Below are positions 15,050 through 22,470 of a DNA stretch of 33,393 nucleotides, in pieces (the first letter of the stretch is position 1; each line of letters opens with the position of its first letter). Origin of the DNA: an uncultured Trueperaceae bacterium (GTDB lineage Bacteria; Deinococcota; Deinococci; Deinococcales; Trueperaceae); the NCBI GenBank assembly GCA_965365745.1, contig CBDUCW010000001.1, positions 1-33,393 of the forward strand. Reading direction: 5' to 3'. The position numbers were made by a program, and so were the translations under genes. Below the pieces are notes generated by a model. The model saw nothing but the letters and a program-made list of their open reading frames with translations, made no database searches and had not been told where the DNA came from.

Positions 15050-15916
15050 TTACTGGAACTCGGCCAGCACCTCGCGGACCGGGTCGTAGGCTTCGCTGGT
15101 GATCGGCGCGAACGACGTCACGTTGAACAGCTCTTCGGTGAGCGCCTGGCCCGCCTCGGTGTCGGCGATGCCCATGAGCGCGTCGGCGATCTGCTGTGCG
15201 AGATCGCTGCTCAGGCCCTCGCGGACGACGACGCCGTCGTTGGGGATGTCGCCGGTGTAGCCGAGGACGCAGATCTTGTCCATGACGTCCGGGAAGTCAT
15301 CGTCGATGGCGGTCCGGGCGTCGTTGAAGCTCGTCGCCACGTCGACGTCACCGTTGTAGACGGCCAGCACGGCGGCGTCGTGGCTGCCGGCGAAGATCGT
15401 CTCCATGTCGGTGTTGGCGTCGATGCCGTACTGGTTCTTGAGGAACACGTACGGGAACTGGTAACCGGAGCTCGAGCCGGGATCGACGAAGGCGATCGAC
15501 TTGCCGGCGAGGTCTTCGAACGACTGGATGTCGCCGTCGCAGGGCACGTTGAACTGCGACTTGTAGGTCGCGCTGCCGAAGCGGACCGACGCGAGGATCG
15601 GCACGGCGCCGTAGCGGTCGATGGCCTGGACCATGCTGCTGGGGCCGAAGAAGCCGATGTCGACGCGGCCGTTGGCCATGGCTTCGACCAGACCGACGTA
15701 GTTGGTCGAGATGAAGGTGTCGACCGGGACCAGGATCTCCTGCTCGAGCAGATCGCCGAGCGGCTCGAGGCTGTCGACGATGGCGTCGGCCTCGCGGCTC
15801 GGGACCATGCCGAGGACGAGACGGTCGGGCACGTCGCCGTCTTGGGCGAAGGCGGCGACCGGCGCAAGCGTGATCACCAGGGCAGCGATGAAGACGCTGA
15901 CGAGGAATTTCTTCAT
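15050..15916 (-). CDS. phnD: phosphonate ABC transporter substrate-binding protein
   Basis: ATG 15916 is preceded by AAGGAG. MKKFLVSVFIAALVITLAPVAAFAQ signal peptide. LVLGMVPS..YVGLVEAMANGRVDIGFFGP..FVDPGSSSGYQFP are PhnD-family motifs. Confidence 0.9.
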   Translation of the reverse strand: MKKFLVSVFIAALVITLAPVAAFAQDGDVPDRLVLGMVPSREADAIVDSLEPLGDLLEQEILVPVDTFISTNYVGLVEAMANGRVDIGFFGPSSMVQAIDRYGAVPILASVRFGSATYKSQFNVPCDGDIQSFEDLAGKSIAFVDPGSSSGYQFPYVFLKNQYGIDANTDMETIFAGSHDAAVLAVYNGDVDVATSFNDARTAIDDDFPDVMDKICVLGYTGDIPNDGVVVREGLSSDLAQQIADALMGIADTEAGQALTEELFNVTSFAPITSEAYDPVREVLAEFQ

Positions 15917-16136
15917 GGGGCAGCACTCCTTGTGGCCGCGCGTTGGGCGGCGCTTCGTTGACGAGGGGCGGGCGGAGGAGCGGACGGCGCGCGGACCGCG
16001 GGGCGGTGCCACGCGCATGGTGCGCAGCGTGGGGGGTGGGTTCGCGTCGCGTGCCGGCAGCCGGCGCACCGGAGTGCGGTCGGGCCTTCGGAGCGCGGGC
16101 GAGCGGAGAGACCCAGCCACAGCGTCACCGCTTGGC

Positions 16137-16145
16137 AATCTATCA
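16137..16145 (-). promoter_or_regulatory. possible extended -10 box TGATAGATT pointing toward phnD
   Basis: Plus-strand aatctatca. It would give a leader of about 210 nt. It sits between two copies of TCAC(C)GCTTGG. Confidence 0.25.
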
Positions 16146-16249
16146 CGCTTGGCGCGCCGCTTCCTCCCGCCGCGCCCGGCCCGGCTCGATCGCTCGGCGA
16201 TTCCCCCCGGACTGCGCCCGATCGTGCGTTCGTGCGTGGTGGACACACC

Positions 16250-16278
16250 TTGCGGCAGGGAGCGAGGCTCGGTAGAGT
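16250..16278 (+). promoter_or_regulatory. sigma-70-type promoter TTGCGG-N17-TAGAGT for the TRAP receptor gene
   Basis: -35 at 16250-16255 and -10 at 16273-16278 with an exact 17-nt spacer, about 60 nt upstream of ATG 16338. Confidence 0.45.
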
Positions 16279-16337
16279 GGGGCGGTTCTCACAATCTGAC
16301 GCCCCTCTCCGCTGTTCCTCACCGCTTGGAGGTAGGA

Positions 16338-17420
16338 ATGAAACGTCGAGACTTCCTCAAGAAGGCCGGCGTCGTGGCCGCCAGCGCGACCCTGTCGCCG
16401 CTGATGTTCGCGAACGCGCAGGCCGCAACGTATCGATTCGGCATGGTGACGTCGTGGCCGACGTCGCTCGACACGATCTTCGGAGGCGCCACCAACACGG
16501 CGCAGTTCCTCAGCGAGATCACCGACGGCGACATCGAGGTCGAGGTGTTCCCCGCGGGCGCGCAGGTCGGCGGCCTCGAGGTCTACGACGCGGTGTCGTC
16601 GGGCGCCTTCGAGATGGGCCATACGGCGTCGTACTACTACGTCAACAAGGACGCCGCCCAAGGCTTCTTCACCGCCGTTCCGTTCGGGCTGAACGCGCAG
16701 CAGATGGACGCGTGGCTCACCTCCGGGGGCGGGCAGGCGCTGTGGGACGAGCTCAACGCGCGCGACAACCTCATCGCCTTCGCCGCCGGAAACACCGGCG
16801 TGCAGATGGGCGGTTGGTTCAACAAGGAGATCAACAGCCCGGCCGACCTCCAGGGCCTCACGATGCGCATTCCGGGCCTCGGCGGCGCCGTCATGCGCCG
16901 CGCGGGCGCCAACGTGCAGACGATCGCCGGCGGCGAGATCTTCCTCGCGCTCGAGCGCGGCGTCATCGACGCCACCGAGTGGGTCGGTCCCTACGACGAC
17001 GAGATCCTCGGCTTCAACCAGGTGGCGCAGTACTACTACGCGCCCGGCTGGCACGAGCCCGGACCCACACTCGGCACGTACGTGAACCTCGACGTCTACA
17101 ACGACCTCCCGGTCGACGTCCAGGACGCGATCCAGGTGGCTTCGGCGGCCGCGAACCAGAAGATGCTCGCCGACTACGACGCCAAGAACGGCGCCGCGCT
17201 GCAGCGGATCCTCAGCGCCGGAGGGGTCGAACTCCGGACCTTCCCGAACGACGTGCTCCAGGTGCTCGAAGGCTACATGGACGAGATCCACGCCGAGAAC
17301 GCCGAGAGCAACGAGTTCTACGGGCGCGTGTACGAGCAGTGGAACGCGTTCCGCCAAGAGATCCGCGCCTTCCACGCAATCAGCGAAAAGGCCTTCCTGG
17401 ACTACGCGATCCCCAACTGA
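16338..17420 (+). CDS. TRAP transporter substrate-binding protein (DctP-type) with twin-arginine signal
   Basis: GGAGG (16328-16332) then ATG. MKRRDFLKKAGVVAASATLSPLMFANAQA is a Tat-type signal. The mature part is typical of the DctP family (GMVTSWP..GAFEMGHTASYYY..GWFNKEI..L.GLTMRIPG..IDATEWVGPYDD). Confidence 0.9.
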   Translation: MKRRDFLKKAGVVAASATLSPLMFANAQAATYRFGMVTSWPTSLDTIFGGATNTAQFLSEITDGDIEVEVFPAGAQVGGLEVYDAVSSGAFEMGHTASYYYVNKDAAQGFFTAVPFGLNAQQMDAWLTSGGGQALWDELNARDNLIAFAAGNTGVQMGGWFNKEINSPADLQGLTMRIPGLGGAVMRRAGANVQTIAGGEIFLALERGVIDATEWVGPYDDEILGFNQVAQYYYAPGWHEPGPTLGTYVNLDVYNDLPVDVQDAIQVASAAANQKMLADYDAKNGAALQRILSAGGVELRTFPNDVLQVLEGYMDEIHAENAESNEFYGRVYEQWNAFRQEIRAFHAISEKAFLDYAIPN

Positions 17421-17466
17421 GGTCGCCGAGCGGCGCTCCGCCGCTCATCCCGTCTGGGAACCCTAC

Positions 17467-17495
17467 GTCCCCGCCGCGACCGTCGCGGCGGGGAC
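17467..17495. terminator. bidirectional hairpin between convergent TRAP genes
   Basis: GTCCCCGCCGCGAC-c-GTCGCGGCGGGGAC is a perfect 14-nt inverted repeat, 47 nt after the receptor stop and 26 nt after the dctM-type stop. Confidence 0.6.
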
Positions 17496-17520
17496 GTTGA
17501 CGTGGGTGGCCTGCCGCCCG

Positions 17521-18885
17521 CTAGTTCGCGGCCAGGTTCGGCAGCCAGGTCACCATGCTCGGGAACAGCGCCACGAGCAGCACGGCGATCAGCTGGATGA
17601 TGATGAACGGGATGATCCCGCGGTAGATGTGCTGGGTCTCGATCTCGGGGGGCGCGACGCCCTTGAGGTAGAAGAGCGCGAAGCCGAAGGGCGGGGTGAG
17701 GAACGACGCCTGCAGGTTCATGCCGATCAGGACCCCGAACCAGACCATGAGGTCGGGGCCGTAGAAGGCGAGCGCGATCGGGCTGAGCAGCGGCACGACG
17801 ATGAAGGTGATCTCGATGAAGTCGATGAAGAAGCCGAGAACGAAGATCACGAGCATCGTGAAGAACAGGAACCCGGTCTGCCCGCCGGGGATGTTGATCA
17901 GGAAGTCCTGCACCACCCGGTCGCCGTGGAGCGCCGTGAACACCATGCTGAAGGCGGTGGCGCCGACCAGGATGATGAACACCATCGAGGTCAGCTTGAC
18001 CGTCTGATCCATCGTGTCGGTCAACGCCTTGAGGCCCAACTTGCGGTTCAGGGCGGCCAGCAGGATCGCGCCCACGGCGCCCATCGCTCCGGCCTCGGTA
18101 GGGGTGGCGATCCCGAAGAAGATCGTGCCGAGCACCAGAAGGATCAGGAACAGCGGCGGGATCAGGTTGCTCACGACGCGGAGCGCGAGCGCGCCGGCGC
18201 CGATCTGCCGCTCGCTGGCGGGGAGGGCCGGCGCCTCCTTGGGGCGCGTGATCGCGACGAAGACGACCCAGAGGATGAACAGGCCGGCGAGCATGAAGCC
18301 GGGCACGAAGGCGGCGAGGAACAGATCGCCGACCGAGACGCCGATCTGGTCGCCGAGGATCACCAGCACGATCGACGGGGGAATGATCTGTCCGAGCGTC
18401 CCCGAGGACGCGATCACCCCCGTGGACAGCGTCTTGCTGTAGTTGTACTTGAGCATCACCGGCAGCGCGAGCACGCCCATCGTCACGACCGAGGCGCCGA
18501 CGATGCCGGTCGAGGCGGCCAGCAGTGCGCCGACCGCGACCACCGAGATCGCCAAACCGCCGCGCAGGCTGCCGAAGAGCAGACCCATCGTCTCGAGCAA
18601 CTGCTCGGCGAGGCCCGACTTCTCGAGCATGACGCCCATGAACACGAAGAAGGGGACGGCCACGAGCACGTCGTTCGACATCACGCCCCAGATGCGCTGC
18701 GGCAGGATGTTGAGCCGCGCGGCCCGGAAGGCCGGCTCCCAGGGGAAGTCGATGCCGATCAGATTGGGGAGCAGATCGGAGCCGAGGAGGGTGAACAGGA
18801 CCGCCGTGCCTCCGAAGCTGAAGGCGACCGGGAAGCCCACGAGCAGCAGGACGACCGCGGCGCCGAACATGAAGATGCCGATCAC
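17521..18885 (-). CDS. TRAP transporter large permease (DctM-type)
   Basis: 454 aa, highly hydrophobic, with typical DctM motifs (VPFFVFMGVMLEKSGLAE, SGTLGQIIPPS, TPTEAGAMGA). The GTG start overlaps the DctQ stop (GTGA at 18882-18885). Confidence 0.93.
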   Translation of the reverse strand: MIGIFMFGAAVVLLLVGFPVAFSFGGTAVLFTLLGSDLLPNLIGIDFPWEPAFRAARLNILPQRIWGVMSNDVLVAVPFFVFMGVMLEKSGLAEQLLETMGLLFGSLRGGLAISVVAVGALLAASTGIVGASVVTMGVLALPVMLKYNYSKTLSTGVIASSGTLGQIIPPSIVLVILGDQIGVSVGDLFLAAFVPGFMLAGLFILWVVFVAITRPKEAPALPASERQIGAGALALRVVSNLIPPLFLILLVLGTIFFGIATPTEAGAMGAVGAILLAALNRKLGLKALTDTMDQTVKLTSMVFIILVGATAFSMVFTALHGDRVVQDFLINIPGGQTGFLFFTMLVIFVLGFFIDFIEITFIVVPLLSPIALAFYGPDLMVWFGVLIGMNLQASFLTPPFGFALFYLKGVAPPEIETQHIYRGIIPFIIIQLIAVLLVALFPSMVTWLPNLAAN

Positions 18886-19634
18886 GAGAGGGCCGCCTCG
18901 TCGGTGGCGTCGGCGTCGGCGTCGGCCGAGCGCGCTACGCGCACCGTGCGGGTGGCTTCGGCCTGCTCTTCGAGCGCGTGCACGCTGCGGGAATTCGGGT
19001 GCCCGGCGAGGAAGGCGACGTGCTTGATCAGCTCACTGATGCCCTGCGTGATCAGGAGCACGAAGGCCACGACGATCACCGTCTTGATGGGGTAGATCGG
19101 CAACCCCGAGTTCATCGAGGTCTCGAGCGAGGCCCACGAGCGCCCGATGTACGACTGGCTGTAGAACAACCCCAGCCAGCAGAACGGGAACAGGAACAGC
19201 AGGATCCCGCCGATGTCGATCCACGAGCGCACCCGGTAGGGGAGCTGCGAGAAAACGACGTCGACGCGCACGTGCGCATCGGTGCGGAACACGTAGGCGG
19301 CGCCGAGGAGGAAGACCAGATCGTAGCCGTAGGTCTGCAGCGCGATGTGCGGACTGCCGGACATGAAGTGCGCCACGCCGCTGCCGAAGGTGTCCAGGAT
19401 GAAGGAGTAGAAGTTGCGGCCGACGACGTTCATAAAGCCCACAACGACCATGAACAGCGTCACCCACCACATCGCCATGCCGATCGCCGTCGTCGTCGCG
19501 TCGATCCCGCGCGACACCGCGAGGGGGAAGTCCCACCCGCGCGGGCGCGCGGCCACGTCGTTCGATGCGGGCGGCGGCCCGGCGTCGGACGTCGACGCGC
19601 TCGCGGACGGCGCGGACGAGGAGGGGCCGCTCAC
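18882..19634 (-). CDS. TRAP transporter small permease (DctQ-type) with extended termini
   Basis: Four hydrophobic helices in a DctQ-like core (HVRVDVVFSQLPYRVRSWIDIGGILLFLFPF). Low-complexity N-terminus and an (Ala-Asp)n C-terminal tail. GTG start at 19634. Confidence 0.8.
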   Translation of the reverse strand: MSGPSSSAPSASASTSDAGPPPASNDVAARPRGWDFPLAVSRGIDATTTAIGMAMWWVTLFMVVVGFMNVVGRNFYSFILDTFGSGVAHFMSGSPHIALQTYGYDLVFLLGAAYVFRTDAHVRVDVVFSQLPYRVRSWIDIGGILLFLFPFCWLGLFYSQSYIGRSWASLETSMNSGLPIYPIKTVIVVAFVLLITQGISELIKHVAFLAGHPNSRSVHALEEQAEATRTVRVARSADADADATDEAALS

Positions 19635-19765
19635 GATCGATCCGATCGGTCGAGCGGCGAACCAACGGGGGGTGGAATCGTCACAACGGGACTCCTCCGG
19701 ATGGCTGCGGACGCACCGGGGCGGCGGCCGTGCGCCGACGCGGTTGGGCTGGCGAGAATCGCGTC

Positions 19766-19794
19766 ATCGTACCCGCTCCGCGGGGTCCCGTCAA
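19766..19794 (-). promoter_or_regulatory. sigma-70-type promoter TTGACG-N17-TACGAT for the TRAP permease genes
   Basis: Minus strand reads cgtcgTTGACGggaccccgcggagcgggTACGATgacgcg. -35 is at 19789-19794 and -10 at 19766-19771. This is the best consensus match in the window. Confidence 0.55.
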
Positions 19795-19841
19795 CGACGA
19801 TGACGCGGCAGGGAGGCGCTCCAGGACGCGCTTCGTGCGGC

Positions 19842-20933
19842 CTAGCGCAGGTACCGGAGGACGTCGCGCGTGTGCGCGTCGAGCGTGGTGTTGACCCGGA
19901 AGACCGCGTCGTCGCCGTCGCGCCCGTGGAGGAAGTAGAGCCACAGGGCGCCGCTGGGCGATCGCCGCTCGGGCTCGAGCACGGCGTGCAGGGCATCGTG
20001 CCCGGGATTGCCGATCGGGCCCAGGGGAAGCCCGGGCCGTGTGTAGGTGTTCCACGGGTGGTCGTTCGCGAAGTCGCCGGCGCTGCGATCGAGCTCCGGC
20101 AGGCGCTTGCCGAGCCCGTAGGCCACGGTGGGATCGCTCTGCAGCGGCATGCCGATGTCGAGCCGATTTCGGAACACGCCGGCGATGACGCCCATCTCGG
20201 TCGCGTCGGCGGCTTCGGCTTGCACCATCGACGCCAACGTCACCCACTCGTGCACCCGGAACCCGGCCGCATCGAGCTGGGCCCGCACCCCCTCGGTGAG
20301 TTCGTCGAGGAAGCGATCGGTCATGGCCGTGAGCGCCTGGTTCGCGGTCGTGTCGACCGGCCAGTCGTACGACGCCGGGAAGAGGTAGCCCTCCGCCGTC
20401 GCATCTTCGGGTGCGAACGGGATGCCCAGGGCCGTCGGATCGGACGTCAGGGCGTCGAGCGCGTCCGCGTCGCCGAAGCCCGCGGCGGCGAGCCGCGCCA
20501 CGACCTCGCGCAGCCGGAAGCCTTCGGGAACGACGACGCGCACCGTCCGGGGGCGCCCGCCCTCGGCCAGCGCTTCGGCGATCTCCGGCGCCGGCATCGT
20601 GGGCGCGAGGTCGTAGAGCCCCTCGCCCACGCTCCGGTCGAGCCCCGTGACCTGCAGGTAGTAGCGGAACACCCGCGCGTTCTTCACGAGGCCGGCGCGC
20701 TCGAGCTCGAGCGCCACCCGCGCGCCGGCCCAGCCGGGCTCGACCTCGAAGCCGACCTCGGCGCCCCGCGTCGCCGGGGCCGCGAGCTGGTCGCGCACCC
20801 ACAGGCCGCCGGCGAGCGCGGCGATCGCGAGCACGGCCACCGCCACGCCGAGCAGGCGCCGGCGCCGGCCGGGGCGCGTCGGGGCCGCGCTGCGCTCGGG
20901 CTCGGTTCCGTTCGAGGGCCGGTCGGTCGTCAC
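19842..20933 (-). CDS. mltG: endolytic murein transglycosylase MltG (YceG-like)
   Basis: N-terminal TM (LLGVAVAVLAIAALAGGLW), then a YceG domain: VVPEGFRLREV, EGYLFPASY, LASMVQAEA, VFRNRLDIGMPLQSDPTVAYG, YNTYTRPGLPLGPIGNPG. The GTG start overlaps the ruvX stop. Confidence 0.9.
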   Translation of the reverse strand: MTTDRPSNGTEPERSAAPTRPGRRRRLLGVAVAVLAIAALAGGLWVRDQLAAPATRGAEVGFEVEPGWAGARVALELERAGLVKNARVFRYYLQVTGLDRSVGEGLYDLAPTMPAPEIAEALAEGGRPRTVRVVVPEGFRLREVVARLAAAGFGDADALDALTSDPTALGIPFAPEDATAEGYLFPASYDWPVDTTANQALTAMTDRFLDELTEGVRAQLDAAGFRVHEWVTLASMVQAEAADATEMGVIAGVFRNRLDIGMPLQSDPTVAYGLGKRLPELDRSAGDFANDHPWNTYTRPGLPLGPIGNPGHDALHAVLEPERRSPSGALWLYFLHGRDGDDAVFRVNTTLDAHTRDVLRYLR

Positions 20934-21454
20934 GGCGCGAGCTCCGGCGGGGGCGGAGGCGGCGTCGCGAAGCGCTGCAGGTAGGTCTCAAGGATCAGAC
21001 GAGCGGCGCCCTCGTCGATGCGGCCCTTTTCGCGGCGCCGCGAGCGGGGCGCCCCGGACGCGCGCAGATGCTGTTTGGCGATCTCGCTGGTGAAGCGCTC
21101 GTCCTCGAACACGATCGTGAAGCCGGCCGCGCGCAGCGCGTCGGCGAAGGCCCGCACGCGCTCGGCCTGCGCCGACGGGCGGCCGTCGGTGCGGAGCGGC
21201 AAGCCCACGACGATCCACGTGGCACCCTCATGGCGCGCCCGCGCTGCGATTTCCTCGACGGCCTGCTGGGGGTCCCGCGCCGGCACCACGCCGCGCCCGA
21301 AGGCGAAGCCCGAGCCGATTCGCCCGGCGGCCACGCCGATGCGGGCATCGCCGACGTCGAGCCCCAGCACCGCCGAGCCCGGCACGGGTGCGCGGGCGTC
21401 GCCCGACGTCGGTGCCTCGGCGCCCTCGGGCGCGCGGTCGCCGGCTGCGCTCAC
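20930..21454 (-). CDS. ruvX: Holliday junction resolvase-like nuclease RuvX (YqgF)
   Basis: AVLGLDVGDARIGVA..IVVGLPLRTDG..SAQAERVRAFADAL..FEDERFTSEIA. GTG 21454 overlaps the upstream stop (GTGA). Shorter GTG starts exist at 21385 and 21370. Confidence 0.85.
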   Translation of the reverse strand: MSAAGDRAPEGAEAPTSGDARAPVPGSAVLGLDVGDARIGVAAGRIGSGFAFGRGVVPARDPQQAVEEIAARARHEGATWIVVGLPLRTDGRPSAQAERVRAFADALRAAGFTIVFEDERFTSEIAKQHLRASGAPRSRRREKGRIDEGAARLILETYLQRFATPPPPPPELAP

Positions 21455-22470
21455 CGACGGTCCCCGCTCGGCGCCGCCTCGGCGCCCGGCGCGACGGCGC
21501 CGGGCGTGCCGTTCGATGGCGCGTGCGCCGCGAGCCACGCCTCGATCGTCGCGGCGACGCCGTCGTCGTCGTTGCTCGGGGCGACCACGTCGGCCGCCCG
21601 CCGCGCATCGTCGGCTCCGTTGCCCATCGCCACGCCGAGGCCGGCCCAGGCGAGCAGCTCGCGATCGTTGCGCTGATCGCCGAAGGCGGCGACGCGCTCG
21701 CGGGCGACGCCGAGTCGGGCCGCGAGCCGGGCGACGGCGCCGCGCTTGTTGACGTCCGGGTGCAGCAGTTCGAGCAGGTCGAGGCCGCTCCAGGTCGCAT
21801 AGGCGCGATCGTCGGCTCCGATGCGTCGAGCCAGCTCGTCGGCGTCGAATTCGGGGTGCCGCACCAGGATCTTGATCACGCCGTCGCTTGCGAAGCGTTC
21901 GACCGCGCCGATGCCGTGCGGGCGGCGCCCGTGGCGCTCGAGGTAGGGGCGGCGCAGCTCCCAGAGGGCATCGTCGAGGTACCAGCCGTGCTTCGTCTCG
22001 AGGGCCAGCAGGCTCCCGGGCGCGTTCCGCCGGGCGCGCTCGAGCACGTCGAACGCCGTGGCGGCGTCGAGTTGCAGCTCGTGCACGGTGGCCGCACCGT
22101 CGATGCGCGAGGCGCCGTTGTACACGATGGCGGTGTCGACGCCGGTGCGCTCCATCAGGCCTCGGGTCAGGCGCGGCGGTCGCCCCGTGCAGAGCACGAC
22201 GCGGCAGCCGGCGCTCCCCAGGGCGTGCAGGGCGCGCACCGAGCGCTCGGCGACGTCCCCGTCCGAGCGCAGCAGCGTGCCGTCGAGATCGATCGCGACG
22301 AGCTGCGGGAGCCGGGTCGGGGCCGTGCTCAGCGCCGAGCGCGGACGGCTCGGCGCTGCATCGTCGGCAGGCGCGGTTCGGGCGTCGATCTCACGACCCC
22401 TTGGCCAGGGCCTCGAGGATCTCGCCGACCGCGTCGAGCGCGGCGGCCACCTTGTCGGCGTCCTTGGCAC
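21451..22470 (-). CDS. Cof-type HAD-IIB phosphatase; start codon unresolved
   Basis: LVAIDLDGTLL (motif I), LCTGRP, KRGAVARLA, AFGDQRNDRELL (motif IV). The only in-frame ATG/GTG/TTG codons upstream of motif I are GTG 22470 and GTG 22515, both inside alaS. A shorter product from CTG 22332 is equally plausible. Confidence 0.8.
   Translation of the reverse strand: MPRTPTRWPPRSTRSARSSRPWPRGREIDARTAPADDAAPSRPRSALSTAPTRLPQLVAIDLDGTLLRSDGDVAERSVRALHALGSAGCRVVLCTGRPPRLTRGLMERTGVDTAIVYNGASRIDGAATVHELQLDAATAFDVLERARRNAPGSLLALETKHGWYLDDALWELRRPYLERHGRRPHGIGAVERFASDGVIKILVRHPEFDADELARRIGADDRAYATWSGLDLLELLHPDVNKRGAVARLAARLGVARERVAAFGDQRNDRELLAWAGLGVAMGNGADDARRAADVVAPSNDDDGVAATIEAWLAAHAPSNGTPGAVAPGAEAAPSGDRR

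Noticed and set aside
16133-16150. Sigma-54-like TGGCAA-N..-ACGCT on the plus strand in the phnD/TRAP spacer.
   Set aside because: GG-to-GC spacing is 11 rather than 10, and both elements deviate from consensus. The same bases are better explained as part of the repeated TCAC(C)GCTTGG motif.
15702-16337. Upstream extension of the TRAP receptor ORF (track gives 572 aa). The same issue applies to the extensions of ORFs 25410.., 28001.., 4247.., 5501.., 12532..13824 and 15050..16246.
   Set aside because: The extended parts overlap real genes on the other strand or are junk-like. Internal starts with an SD, coupling overlaps or -10 boxes give proteins with normal family N-termini.
18906-18926. 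Hexanucleotide tandem repeat (GGCGTC)n.
   Set aside because: It lies inside the DctQ-type gene and simply encodes an (Ala-Asp)n low-complexity C-terminal tail. It is not a separate element.
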